DNA from: Octopus bimaculoides
Taxonomy: Eukaryota
DNA length: 64,000 nucleotides
Direction: 5' to 3'
NCBI RefSeq assembly: GCF_001194135.2
Contig: NC_068984.1
Span: 115,950,925 to 116,014,924, forward strand
Below the pieces are notes generated by a model. The model worked only from the letters and a program-made list of their open reading frames with translations. It did not search any database and was not told where the DNA came from. The stretch's first letter is position 1, and every line of letters begins with the position of its first letter. The position numbers and the translations under genes were made by a program. This document shows positions 11,762 to 25,797 of the stretch, piece after piece.

Positions 11762-12137
11762 GTATGTATGTTGGCACTCCGTCGCTTACGACGTCGAGGG
11801 TTCCAGCTGAACAGCCTGCTCGTGAAATTAACGTGCAAGTGGCTGAGCACTCCACAGACACGTGTACCCTTAACGTAGTTCTCGGGGATATTCAGCGTGA
11901 CACAGTGTGAGAAGGCTGACCCTTTGGATTACAGGCACAACAGAAACAGAAAGTAAGAGCGAGAGAAAGTTGTGGTGAGAGAGCACAGCAGGGTTCGCCA
12001 CCATCCCCTGCCGGAGCCTTGTGGAGCTTTAGGTGTTTTCGGTCAATAAACACTCACAACGCCCGGTCTGGCAATCGAAACTGCGATCCTATGACCACGA
12101 GTCCGCTGCCCTAACCACTGGGCCATTGCGCATCCAC
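11762..12137 (-). mobile_element. Full-length SINE family B
   Basis: 14-bp TSD TGTGTGTAAAGTAT at 11748-11761 and 12138-12151. (ACAT)n tail. Confidence 0.95.
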
Positions 12138-12878
12138 TGTGTGTAAAGTATAACGCTACGCAATTGTACAGTTGAACAGGGAGGAGGTAAAGGAGAGATC
12201 TGTTAACTTGGAAGTCGATAGCCAAAAAATAAGATCCTATGAATAATTGAGTGCTATAACTCTAAGAGATAGACACAGCTATGGCTGAATGCCTAAGAAG
12301 TTTACTTCATGTATTCATGAGGTCTTGGGTATGATTCAGCTGTATAGTATCCTGCGTAAGTGTTTTTTACCTTAACCTCGGATTGACCCTGTTCTTGTGA
12401 GAGATAGTGGGCAGATAAAAACCATTTCGAAGTCGTTGGTGCATATAAAATTCAAATAGTGTGGCTTTTAACACAATACGCCATTGTGTTTCTTCCTGGG
12501 AATAATGCTACGGATACAAGTCTATTTGGAATATTCCAGCACATGCAAACAAATTCAACGAATAATCCATTCCGTTGATGGAACAACCGGAAAAAATTCT
12601 TATCGAAACCTACGAAAATCCACTTATATTTACAATTACTCAGGGATTTAATTAAGTAGGTAGCACATTAGGTAAGTGTTGGTTTATATTTTATACCCTG
12701 GGTTCGACCCAAAACTTTTCAGTAAAATTGGACTTTCAGAAGTTATTTGGTAGTGCATTGGTTGGTTGACATCCGTAAATTAAAAGACCCTGTCTTTTCA
12801 GGTAGACACATGCTTTAAACTATCGTTTCTTTTCTTGCTTCTTTTTTTCTTATTTAGTTCTCTTTTACTCATGTGAAT

Positions 12879-13210
12879 GCGCATTGCTCAGTGGTTTGAG
12901 CGGTGGGTTCACAATTATGAGGTAGTGAGTTCGATTCCCGGACCGGGTTGTCTATTGTGTTCTTGAGCAAGACGCTTCATTTCACGTTGCTTTATTTCAC
13001 TCGGCCAGAGAAATGAGTTGCGACGTCACTAGTGTCAAGCTGTGTCGGCCTTTGTTTTTCCCTTGGATAATATCGGTGGCATGGGGAGGAGAAGGCTGGT
13101 ATGCATGGGCGACTGGTGGTCTTCCATAACAACAACCTTGCTCGAACTTGTGCCTTGGAGGGGAACTTTCCAGGTGAAATCCCAAGGTCATTCCTGACCA
13201 AAGGTCTTTA
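12879..13210 (+). mobile_element. tRNA-derived SINE family C with a CORE-like central segment
   Basis: A box GCTCAGTGG and B box GAGTTCGATTCCC, then TGTGTTCTTGAGCAAGACGCTTCATTTCAC...GAAATGAGT, which resembles the CORE-SINE domain (recalled, not aligned). Confidence 0.7.
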
Positions 13211-13384
13211 CCTTCTCTCTTACTCAACTTCGATAAAAAGAAATTCACCTGAAACATTGGTCTACTCCTTTACTTCTCCTTCTTCTTTTTTAGGTACACA
13301 ATTCACTGTGCACAGTATTTATATCTGTGCTTACTTTGTGTGCTTACATTTTGTCCACCGCCTTTTAAATATCCATCTCTTTCT

Positions 13385-13550
13385 ATATTTAAGAAATGAG
13401 GAATTATGTACACTATTTACAATTGACGAATAATAGCCCTCATCTTGTTTGTTGTTAACACAACGTTTCGGCTGATATACACTCCAGCCTTCATCAGGTG
13501 TCTTGGGGGAAATTGGATACCTGGGTTCTCATTCCTAAGGTATTTTTCCA
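13385..13550 (-). mobile_element. Penelope-like element pseudo-LTR fragment
   Basis: Contains the CTGATGAAGGC...GCCGAAACG motif typical of PLE terminal repeats. No ORF is attached. Confidence 0.55.
13457..13502 (-). ncRNA. Minimal type I hammerhead ribozyme motif
   Basis: Minus strand reads GACAC-CUGAUGA-A-GGCUG-GAGUGUAUAU-CAGCC-GAAAC-GUU-GUGUU. Stem I GACAC/GUGUU, stem II GGCUG/CAGCC, palindromic AACGUU in place of stem III. Confidence 0.7.
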
Positions 13551-13795
13551 CACATACAAACACAAACAAGGACACGTATGGAGACACACATCCCTACATA
13601 ACAGACACACGTTTATACTCAACCAAACCCATGCACATAGACACACTCACACACACAAGGAGTCAGAGGTACGCACACAAATACACATACACACAAACAA
13701 ACAAACAAACACACAAACATGCACACCAATCACATGAATATGAAGTATACATACATACAAACGTGCATACATATATGCATACACACACACATACA

Positions 13796-13845
<50 letters not shown>

Positions 13846-14790
13846 NNNNNNNNNNNNNNNNNNNNNNNNNNNNNNNNNNNNNNNNNNNNNNNNNNNNNNN
13901 NNNNNNNNNNNNNNNNNNNNNNNNNNNNNNNNNNNNNNNNNNNNNNNNNNNNNNNNNNNNNNNNNNNNNNNNNNNNNNNNNNNNNNNNNNNNNNNNNNNN
14001 NNNNNNNNNNNNNNNNNNNNNNNNNNNNNNNNNNNNNNNNNNNNNNNNNNNNNNNNNNNNNNNNNNNNNNNNNNNNNNNNNNNNNNNNNNNNNNNNNNNN
14101 NNNNNNNNNNNNNNNNNNNNNNNNNNNNNNNNNNNNNNNNNNNNNNNNNNNNNNNNNNNNNNNNNNNNNNNNNNNNNNNNNNNNNNNNNNNNNNNNNNNN
14201 NNNNNNNNNNNNNNNNNNNNNNNNNNNNNNNNNNNNNNNNNNNNNNNNATATATATATATATATATATATATATAAAGGTATGTCGGTATGCATACATAT
14301 GTACATATATATATATGGAGTTTATACGGAGAAAGAGAGAGAGAGGGGAGTAGAGAGAAAGAGAGAGAGAGAGATGGGGAGAAAGAGATAGATAGATAGT
14401 TAGAGAGATAGAGAGAAAGTGAGAGCTAAATACTACCGATGTGATATTATTCAATTATTTAAGCGTCAGTTGGAAATCGGAAGAGCATGACAGGTTACAT
14501 AAAAGCATCCAGTACCTCTAATATATAAAACGATAAGAGCAACAGAAAAATTAAAAGGTAAGGAAAGATGCGGAAAACGACAAAGAACTTCTAAATGCAT
14601 TTTTGTTTTGTTATCAATTTTAGAGATAGTTTTGTAGCTTCCATGAAAAGCAAGATCTTATTTACAGTCTGTAAATTCTCGAGAATGAATTCTACCACAA
14701 GCGGCGGTAAAATTTCGATGACTAACTTTAAAATGTCGTTTATCTGCTTCATGGTTTGTGCAGTGAAATAAGTAAAGCTATATTAATTGG

Positions 14791-15172
14791 GTGGAGGCGC
14801 AATGGCCCAGTGGTTAGGGCAGCGGACTCGCGGTCAGAGGATCGCGGTTTCGATTCCCACACCGGGCGTTGTGAGTGTTTATTGAGCTAAAACACCTAAA
14901 GCTCCACGAGGCTCCGGCAGGGGATGGTGGCGATCCCTGCAGTACTCTTTCACCACAACTTTCTCTCGCTCTTACTTCCTGTTTCTGTTGTGCCTGTAAT
15001 TCAAAGGGTCAGCCTTGTCACACTGTGTCACGCTGAATATCCCCGAGAACTACGTTAAGGGTACGCGTGTCTGTGGAGTACTCAGCCACTTGCACGTTAA
15101 TTTCACGAGCAGGCTGTTCCGTTGATGGGATCAACTGGAACCCTCGACGTCGTAAGCGAGGGAGTGCCAACA
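14791..15172 (+). mobile_element. Full-length SINE family B
   Basis: 11-bp TSD ATATTAATTGG at 14780-14790 and 15173-15183. Confidence 0.95.
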
Positions 15173-15449
15173 ATATTAATTGGAACAGATAGTACTATAA
15201 ATAGAGATTTACTTCGGCCTCAAATGGTCGTGATATCTATGAGTGGCTAGACAATTGTAGAAAAAAAAGTGATGAAGCTTTTTATTTAAGAAGGAACAAA
15301 TTTAAGAAGGGACAGATTTGAGAAGGAAATTGTGTTGAAGACAATGGATGAAATGTTGGAGAGTTGGCAGCAACGTTAATGTCGACTAAAATAATGAACT
15401 CACGCGTACAATCTGGATTGGGCTCAGGACTGATGGCAATATTAATATC

Positions 15450-15682
15450 AATTTCTTTATTGCCCACAAGGGGCTAAACATAGAGGGGACAAACAAGGAC
15501 AGACAAAGGGATTAAGTCGATTACTTCGATCCCAGTGCGTAACTGGTACATAATTTATCGACCCCAAAAGGATGAAAGGCGAAGTCGACCTCGGCGGAAT
15601 TTGAACTGAGAACGTAACAGCAGACGAAATACCGCTAAGCATTTCGTCCGGAGTGCTAACGTTTCTGCCAGCTCGCCATCTT
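15450..15682 (-). mobile_element. Full-length SINE family A
   Basis: Complete head, core and tail. TATTAATATC lies on both sides (15440-15449 and 15682-15691). Confidence 0.9.
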
Positions 15683-16261
15683 ATTAATATCTTGCCAATA
15701 TTAATATCTTGTGACATGACATTTTGAAGGAGTTTAGATGGCACGTTCAGAATGGATATGAAAATAACGATGTTATCATGAAAGGAAAGGTCTTACTTAA
15801 GGTTAGCAAAATCTTGAGAATGAATTGTACCTCTGTCTAGCCGTGGTAACATTTCGAAAACGAATTTCAGATTGATACTTTATGCATGTGAACAAATAAT
15901 GCAATAATAATTGCAACAAATAATGTTGTATAAATAATATACTTCTTCAGCCCCGATTTGTTTCCTATATGCAGGAATGGTTAATCAATTCTACTGAAAT
16001 TCACATTGGAAACTGTTAGTGCTTGAGCTAAAGTAGTATATTTAACAAGATGCACTTACATGCGACATAAAGGTTTTGACAGCAGTTTTGACAGCAGTTT
16101 TGACAGACATCAGAGATTTGACAGCGAGTTTGCACTGTGACATAGCTTTGGCATAGCCAAATTTCGATTACAACACATGTGCTCCTTTCAGTTTCGGATA
16201 CCGAGAAATGATAGAAGTATGGTAGAGAGGAAGGGGGTGTATGTGTTTATGTGTGTATGAG

Positions 16262-16266
16262 AGAGG

Positions 16267-16343
<77 letters not shown>
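16262..16343. repeat. (AG)n microsatellite
   Basis: Read directly from the sequence. Confidence 0.95.
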
Positions 16344-16348
<5 letters not shown>

Positions 16349-16825
16349 CAGAGACAGAGCAGAGAGGAAGAGAGAGAAATTAATGTATGCATGAAGGAGA
16401 ATGAAAAGCAGAATTTGATGTGATAAACTGACAAAATTTCTGTACTTCATACAAACACGGCTGCTAGATTTTTACTGCTCCATTACAAATTTCAGTCTCT
16501 CAACAACCCTTCTCTTGACTCATCATACCTGACTTACTCCAAGAGAATGTTCTACCCGAAATATTTTTGCGCCTGTATTTATTATCATTTGCATTTGGAT
16601 TTTCGTGTGGAATTTAGAAACAATTGTCTGAGAAATGACTTTATTATTTTAAGTAAAGCAAAATATTGACGCTTTCACACATGCACAGACTCACGCATTG
16701 ATGTTTAGGTGCGTANNNNNNNNNNNNNNNNNNNNNNNNNNNNNNNNNNNNNNNNNNNNNNNNNNNNNNNNNNNNNNNNNNNNNNNNNNNNNNNNNNNNN
16801 NNNNNNNNNNNNNNNNNNNNNNNNN

Positions 16826-17130
16826 NTAAGTTATGTGGGAAAAGAGCTAGCAAACTCTTCAAACTTATTATAATGTTCGTCCTTATGATAACCTTCAATA
16901 CAATGAATGAAGTCATTTAGTTTACTCTGACTATGCTTTATGTCGAGTAGCTTACACTGTAGGATATCAAAGATTTTTCCAGCCTGAGAAAGTATGTTAT
17001 GAAAGGAATTGATGAAAAACGTGAATGTGACATCATTCAACTTTGCCAATAGATTGTCTGTTTGACAAAGTGTATTTTGACCCCAGTTTTCACTACAGCC
17101 TAAAATACTTGTGAAGGCATCCGGGTTTCA
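16826..17130 (-). pseudogene. Probable hAT-like transposase fragment
   Basis: Minus frame ENWGQNTLCQTDNLLAKLNDVTFTFFINSFHNILSQAGKIFDILQCKLLDI resembles the L-x-x-L-x-D-F-x-F ... LQ-x-K-x-x-D-I segment of hAT transposases (from recall). Confidence 0.45.
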
Positions 17131-17978
17131 TTCTCTGGCTATTTTTAATTATAATCATTAGTGCGAGAGGAGCTTCAAATTTGCTCAGGAGCTTCAAGCC
17201 CAGGTCGTATGACGTTTTTCAGGAGGATGTTCAAAGAGTTTTCATTGCCCCATAAACATTTTAGGGGATGTAAGCGTACCCCATAGCATCCCTTGTTCTC
17301 GAGCCTATGATTATAACCAACCTCAGTAGGGAAATGTATTTCAATGAAGATAAACCAGTCAATCAATTATCGCCCGTTGTTCAACGAAGGTACGATCTAT
17401 ATGCCTGAGTTACCTAACTCTTTGTTTGTCTTTTGTATCTCGTGATATACAGGACATATTTCTCTGGCGTTCATGCATCATAAGATACACGTTCTCATTT
17501 TTTTTCAACCGACAAAATAACTTGGGACTTACGAAAGGAAAGTTTTATATTACACAGGACGAAAAAAGTAAAGGTTAACTAAAATTCTGAAAACACTCAT
17601 GGACGTTTTGGACAAACTTATGAGAATACTTTCGATAGGTAAAAAGTTAAAATGTACTTCAGAGGCAAAAATCAGTGTACCACCAGTGTGATGAGATTGT
17701 ATCTTTTGAATTGCGGGTACAAACCACCTTACGGACCTCTATATATTTTCATTTCATCCAGTTTCACACACAGTGGGTGGGTCGAGCGGAAGTTATGGAA
17801 AATGGCATTTGCTCAAAATGTCATGCAATAGGAGCGAGCGTCGGATCTTGTGGTCGAGAAATGAACTTCTTAAAACATTCGGCCATATTGTCCCGTCGCA
17901 GTGCATCTAGACATACATGCATGCGCGCACAAACGTAACAGCTCGCAAATATCCCAGTCACATCATATACATATGCAA

Positions 17979-18017
<39 letters not shown>

Positions 18018-18164
18018 TATACCACATCACGTCACATATACTGATGCTTTGTGACAAATTTCAAATCGAACTGTCTCTGTCTCGGTCTGTCTGTCTCTTT
18101 CCCTCACACCCACGCGCACAGAAAGTGAAAGCGCCTGCGTGAGAAAGAAAGACAGTGCGAGAAA

Positions 18165-18215
<51 letters not shown>

Positions 18216-19475
18216 CAGAGAGAAATAGAGAGAGAGAAAGAGTGATAGAGACGTATAATAAACAAACGTTCGTAAATACGACCATCCATACACTCAATCA
18301 AATAATCAATGATAAACTCACATGCACACACACGCACACAGATAGATCCACACATTCAGTGAAAGACACACAGAGATATATGCATACACATACACTCGAA
18401 AATACGGAACACCCACACAAACGTCTAGAAGTACAAAACGAACACTCACCCACAAGCACACACACGAACACACATACACATATGCACATACACACANNNN
18501 NNNNNNNNNNNNNNNNNNNNNNNNNNNNNNNNNNNNNNNNNNNNNNNNNNNNNNNNNNNNNNNNNNNNNNNNNNNNNNNNNNNNNNNNNNNNNNNNNNNN
18601 NNNNNNNNNNNNNNNNNNNNNNNNNNNNNNNNNNNNNNNNNNNNNNNNNNNNNNNNNNNNNNNNNNNNNNNNNNNNNNNNNNNNNNNNNNNNNNNNNNNN
18701 NNNNNNNNNNNNNNNNNNNNNNNNNNNNNNNNNNNNNNNNNNNNNNNNNNNNNNNNNNNNNNNNNNNNNNNNNNNNNNNNNNNNNNNNNNNNNNNNNNNN
18801 NNNNNNNNNNNNNNNNNNNNNNNNNNNNNNNNNNNNNNNNNNNNNNNNNNNNNNNNNNNNNNNNNNNNNNNNNNNNNNNNNNNNNNNNNNNNNNNNNNNN
18901 NNNNNNNNNNNNNNNNNNNNNNNNNNNNNNNNNNNNNNNNNNNNNNNNNNNNNNNNNNNNNNNNNNNNNNNNNNNNNNNNNNNNNNNNNNNNNNNNNNNN
19001 NNNNNNNNNNNNNNNNNNNNNNNNNNNNNNNNNNNNNNNNNNNNNNNNNNNNNNNNNNNNNNNNNNNNNNNNNNNNNNNNNNNNNNNNNNNNNNNNNNNN
19101 NNNNNNNNNNNNNNNNNNNNNNNNNNNNNNNNNNNNNNNNNNNNNNNNNNNNNNNNNNNNCCACACACACAAGCACGTGCAATGCATACATTGGCTAATC
19201 TACATACATATACACGCATATACATGGATATACAACCATCCATCCATCCATCCATCCATCCATCCATGCATATGCATATACACACACATTTAAGCATGCG
19301 TATGTATATACGTTCGCATACACCCACACACCCACACGCTTACACACCTACGCGTACGCATAATCGCACATACATTCATTTATGCATATGCACATTAATT
19401 CATACTGACACGCATAAACATATATACGTATATGTGTAAAAATACATACATCCCTCGCTTTCTCCCTCTCTCTCA

Positions 19476-19575
<100 letters not shown>

Positions 19576-20865
19576 TTGTGTCTGTGTTTGTGTGTGCGCA
19601 CATACATAATTGTGATAAAAAACATGCATAATAACATGGAAGTACCTATACGTATAATATACATGTATACATACATGCACAAACATTTACATACATATAT
19701 GCATACATGCCTATATAATTGTGATGAACATCAAAACAATCTTACACACGCACACAGTATGTATCGCGCACATACATGTATATATATATATATATAAATA
19801 TATATATAATACAAATAATAAATGAGTATATGCATATATACGTATATATACGTTCATGTATAATTGGAGAAGCATATATATAAAATAAACGATCACACAC
19901 GCATACATATGTATATGTATATATGTATATGTATATATGTATGTGTATATATGTATNNNNNNNNNNNNNNNNNNNNNNNNNNNNNNNNNNNNNNNNNNNN
20001 NNNNNNNNNNNNNNNNNNNNNNNNNNNNNNNNNNNNNNNNNNNNNNNNNNNNNNNNNNNNNNNNNNNNNNNNNNNNNNNNNNNNNNNNNNNNNNNNNNNN
20101 NNNNNNNNNNNNNNNNNNNNNNNNNNNNNNNNNNNNNNNNNNNNNNNNNNNNNNNNNNNNNNNNNNNNNNNNNNNNNNNNNNNNNNNNNNNNNNNNNNNN
20201 NNNNNNNNNNNNNNNNNNNNNNNNNNNNNNNNNNNNNNNNNNNNNNNNNNNNNNNNNNNNNNNNNNNNNNNNNNNNNNNNNNNNNNNNNNNNNNNNNNNN
20301 NNNNNNNNNNNNNNNNNNNNNNNNNNNNNNNNNNNNNNNNNNNNNNNNNNNNNNNNNNNNNNNNNNNNNNNNNNNNNNNNNNNNNNNNNNNNNNNNNNNN
20401 NNNNNNNNNNNNNNNNNNNNNNNNNNNNNNNNNNNNNNNNNNNNNNNNNNNNNNNNNNNNNNNNNNNNNNNNNNNNNNNNNNNNNNTATATATACACGCA
20501 TACATACAAACATATGCATCCGTCCATAGATAATTGTCATAAACACATAGTCGAAACAATAACCTAAACAGAACCATACAAAATACACAGACGTCGCGCA
20601 CGCACGCCCTACAATTAATTTAGACATGAAAACATACACATTGAGATGAACATTAACCCACACGCGGACACAATGCGTGCAAACTTATACTATACGTATT
20701 ATAATGCACTCGCGAAGCCTAAACACCAACACGAGTACATTGACACTTATTCACATAGTGTCAAATGTATAGATAAATAAATATACATATTCACACACCC
20801 ATACGGATGATACACCCCTCTGATACACCTATACACGCAGATACATACACGCACACACATACACT

Positions 20866-20905
<40 letters not shown>

Positions 20906-21086
20906 TATGTATGAATATATATATGTATGTGTGTGTATATATATTTATGTATATACAGTATATATATACAGTACGTGAACATATATGTGTACATATATAT
21001 ATATATATGTATATGGATAGATGCATACATACATAGAAATAGATACAAATATATAAATGTATATATATATACTATCTATCTATCTA

Positions 21087-21157
<71 letters not shown>

Positions 21158-21365
21158 ATGTATATATATGTATATATATATATATATGTTCACGTGCAGA
21201 AGGACATACATAACAAGACAGTTTGGTCATATTCCCAGATAAGAATACAGAAACATACGACATACACACACGTAGATACATAAACTTACTTAATCCCGAC
21301 TACACATAAAAGCACCTACACACGAATACATCGCAACACACGCACTCTTACGAATTAGAGTTCTT

Positions 21366-21417
<52 letters not shown>

Positions 21418-22097
21418 AGCAACCAATGCACACAGAAAACAAACAAGAACAACATTAAAACACGAATTCATGCACACACAGGGATACATACGTATATGCA
21501 AATACGCCAAAGAAGCAAGCATACATACACACTCATACACTCACTGATGCAAGCATACAAAGATACAAACGCGTATATGTTTACATGCATACACATACGT
21601 ACACGCGAGCACGGATCCACAAACATACAAACACACACTTACATACATGCCCGTAGACAGGGACACACGAGCAATACTGTCACACAGCCAGTGTACAAGC
21701 GCATACACTTAGACGCATACACACACATACACACATATACACATGCATGCACTAGCATTGCATACACACGCACACATATAAACAGAATGTAATAGACTAA
21801 TACACAAAATTTACAAACTGGTTGCCGGTCGACACACCTACACACGCATACGCATACACACGCACGCGCACATGCACACACATACACACACAGAGGCAGA
21901 CACACACACACACACACACACAGACGTATACACACAAACGTATAAATGTTTAACCGTACACACGTACATACCGCTGGCTCTCTACGTCTCTCGCTCGTTC
22001 CGTTTAGAAAGAAAAAGTCTCGCTAGGTCAGTGACGAGTCTGCTTTTGTTGTTGTGTTTTAGCTGTAGTCTTGTTGTATATTAATTCCTCTGTTTAG

Positions 22098-22351
22098 CTG
22101 ACATGTCTATGCTAACACGAACGGGTACAACAGTCAGAAAGCATCGTCGCAGATCGTTGGGCCGAGTAAATAGCAGACGGGGTTCGGCTCCGACCATACT
22201 GCAACAATGCACGAGTCAGCATACCCTTTTAAGGGTCAATTCTGGAAAGAGGGCTTATCTTACGCCACAACCATCGCCTTCAAAAAGCGTGTCGTTTACA
22301 TTTGACCCGGAGCGTAGGAACAATGTCGCCGCCGTGGATTCAATGCGAAGG
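22098..22351 (+). CDS. 254-bp coding exon of an unidentified protein (basic, Ser-rich, probably disordered)
   Basis: Acceptor TTAATTCCTCTGTTTAG (22097) and donor AGG|GTAAGT (22352). Open frame DMSMLTRTGTTVRKHRRRSLGRVNSRRGSAPTILQQ...SPSKSVSFTFDPERRNNVAAVDSMRR. Unique and visibly GC/CpG-richer than its surroundings. In-frame ATG at 22103. Confidence 0.75.
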
Positions 22352-23064
22352 GTAAGTCCCATGTTTCTTTTCTCTACTCCTACCCCCATTTCTACCCCCA
22401 AATATATAAATGTTTCGCGTGTTGTTTAGTTTCAGGTATATATAACATACATATATGCATATATGCATATACACTCATTCATACATGTACAAACATATAT
22501 ATAATTAAAGATGTGTTAAAAAATTATCTTTGTCTTTTTCTTTCCATTATATACATATATATGTATAAATATATATATATATATATAGATTTATAAGTCT
22601 GTATGGAGTTGTATATGCATGTATAGGCCTTTACTCGGAGTTTCTGCGCATGAATAGGTGTCATTAGATGATTTATTGATTTTTACTTTGTATAGATATA
22701 TACACTCGCAGGGTGATGTTATTACTGGTAAACACACACACACATGTAGGTATGTGCACACAGTATATATACCTACATACACCATTATATACGGATGTAT
22801 GTATGTATATATATATATATATATNNNNNNNNNNNNNNNNNNNNNNNNNNNNNNNNNNNNNNNNNNNNNNNNNNNNNNNNNNNNNNNNNNNNNNNNNNNN
22901 NNNNNNNNNNNNNNNNNNNNNNNNNNNNNNNNNNNNNNNNNNNNNNNNNNNNNNNNNNNNNNNNNNNNNNNNNNNNNNNNNNNNNNNNNNNNNNNNNNNN
23001 NNNNNNNNNNNNNNNNNNNNNNNNNNNNNNNNNNNNNNNNNNNNNNNNNNNNNNNNNNNNNNNN

Positions 23065-23103
<39 letters not shown>

Positions 23104-24204
23104 CATATGCATGCTCATACAACACGTATTTGCACACAAATCATAAACAACGGCGAAATTTCGAAGTAGTTTTTTATAAACATGCAAAAAACACCTAACT
23201 ATAAACATCTGAATATATTTCTGCATACACACACATATAGATAGGCATGTCTACAAAGATAGTGTCACATTAGCATACAAGATATAAACATAAAAAAAGA
23301 CATTCATACACACTTTTGTATACGCATACGGGCGTATCTACTTTGTTTACATGGATTTGCACACACGCAGATATACATAATACTGTTGGCGTACGCGTTC
23401 ATCGTGACAAGTAGGAGATATTTTACGCAGCTGATCGCTTTGCTAGAAATAGCAGCTAAATCTTCATCAAATCTCACCAAAACTGACTTGGGAGGAAATG
23501 AGAAGATTTGATATTATGGTGCTTAGATGCAAACTACTTATACAGGATATACCACAGCTTAACATGGAGCTATATAATAAGAAGGGTAACAGTGATAACC
23601 ATCGATGAGTGTGTGACCACAACGACGATGACAATGATTTCTACGACGATGACTATGACGACAGCCCAAGCGTTCACAACACCGCCAGCGCAATACATGT
23701 TTGAAAGGTGTCTTCCATTCAAACAGACACACACAGATATAACATGTACGTACCCATACAAATACGTACACCGTACATGCTTTGTAAGACATACACAGAC
23801 GAACCGTCCAGTGACATCGTTTCAGTGACAAAAAGTAATGATAACCGCCAACTCACTTACACACACTGATACGCACACACACACACACATACACACACAC
23901 ACATACACACATACACACACACACACAAACACTGGCACATGCGCGCATGCATACACACTCATACGCACGCGGACGCACACATACGGACACACGCGCGCGC
24001 ACACACAGAGAAACTCACTCACAAATATACATGCTAGTTTTCAGTTGTACACACACATTCACATACTTATATCTATACATATGGTGTATATACATACATA
24101 CACACATGCATACTCTCTCTTTCCTTTCCTGAGCGTCCAATAATACTATCCATATCACGTCCTCAATTTGTTTTTTTTTTTGTATTTTTGTTATTGTTTT
24201 TTTG

Positions 24205-24246
<42 letters not shown>

Positions 24247-24474
24247 GCATACATATATATATAAATATATATATATATATGTATATATACACGCGCGCGC
24301 AGACGCATGGGTGCTTGNNNNNNNNNNTATATATATATATATATGTACACGCATACATATATATATAAATATATATATATATATGTATATATACACGCGC
24401 GCGCAGACGCATGGGTGCTTGTATAGATATAAACAGCCATGCATGCGTGCGTACATAAATATAAAAAAATATGT

Positions 24475-24530
<56 letters not shown>

Positions 24531-24856
24531 TGATCGGTTTGGAGGAGTGGGTAACAACTTCGCTTTCCAGTCGTAAAGATCCTAGTTCACTTCAAACGTG
24601 CATCCGGATGAACACATTTCTTTTATTACAGCCACTGCTCGCCCGTAGCCTTGAGATCGGAATTCGCCATAAGCACATTGGAAAGAAACCTTGAAAATGG
24701 ATTGTACCTGCAAATCAAACAGGCACCTGTATCCTTGTGTCAGATTGATTTTGCATCGGGATAAAGTTTAAGCTGAACGTGTCGTGGAATACTCGGCTAC
24801 TTACATAATAAATCAATGTTCACATGATGGAAAGTGCGCACAATCTTACACACACA

Positions 24857-24907
<51 letters not shown>

Positions 24908-24975
24908 TATATATATATATATATATACATATACATACATATATTTAGGTATACATACAGACAGACATATACATA

Positions 24976-25180
24976 TGAAGAGGGGCTGAAAAGTTCTTGG
25001 TTTATAGGTAAAAGAAAATTCAGGGTCAGTTATGCTTTTATTCAACATATTCTCTCAGGTTCACACCACTTATTGCAGCGGTCCTTCGGGTTTTCTAAGC
25101 CCTCTAAAAGAACTCGGAAAATAGGGCCTCCAGCCAGGCTTTTCGCAACAGCCTTAAAACCAGAAACTTTTCAGCACACA
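24976..25180. mobile_element. ~200-bp mariner-type MITE
   Basis: Inverted ends GCTGAAAAGTTCTTGGTTT (near 24985) and AAACCAGAAACTTTTCAGC (near 25157-25175); TA at 24974-24975. Confidence 0.6.
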
Positions 25181-25509
25181 CACACACATACACACACACA
25201 TATATATATATATATATAAATACATCTTCAAAATTTATTTATTAAAGTACTTCATTAAAGTATCTTATTTAATAAAGCTTGAAAATTAAATTCTCCAATC
25301 TTCATTATGATGTCTTGATTATATGCTACATGAAATCTAAGAAAGCGAACTCGGGACTTAACTATCGCGTGGACTACTGCTTCACTGTTTATCGTAAGTG
25401 ATTCTGAACGTTCCCTATCAATCGATGTGGTTAGCCAGGACCGGATTGTACCTGAGTACTCCTAAAGTTCCTGCTCGGATTTGAAATCGCTACTCCTTTA
25501 CTGTATAAA

Positions 25510-25797
25510 TGTATGCATGCATTATGTGTGTATGTATGTATGTATGTATGTATGTGTGTGTGTATGTATGTATGTATGTATATGTGTATGTATGTATGTA
25601 TGTATGTATGTATGTGTGTGTGTATGTATGTATGTATGTGTGTATGTATGTATGTATGTATGTGTGTATGTATGTATGTATGTATGTGTGTATGTATGTA
25701 TGTATGTGTGTATGTATGCATGCATTATGTATGTATGTATGTATGTATGTATGTGTGTATGTATGTGTGTGTGTGTATGTATGTATGTATGTATGTA
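25510..25797. repeat. (TATG)n/(TG)n compound microsatellite
   Basis: Read directly from the sequence. Confidence 0.95.

Noticed and set aside
14791-14870. tRNA-like sequences at SINE heads (also 8735-8807, 12065-12137, 12879-12950)
   Set aside because: They have A and B boxes but no proper acceptor stem, and they continue into SINE bodies with TSDs, so they are not tRNA genes.
24632-24760. Strong acceptor TTTCTTTTATTACAG (similar case at 39079)
   Set aside because: All frames stop before a credible donor.
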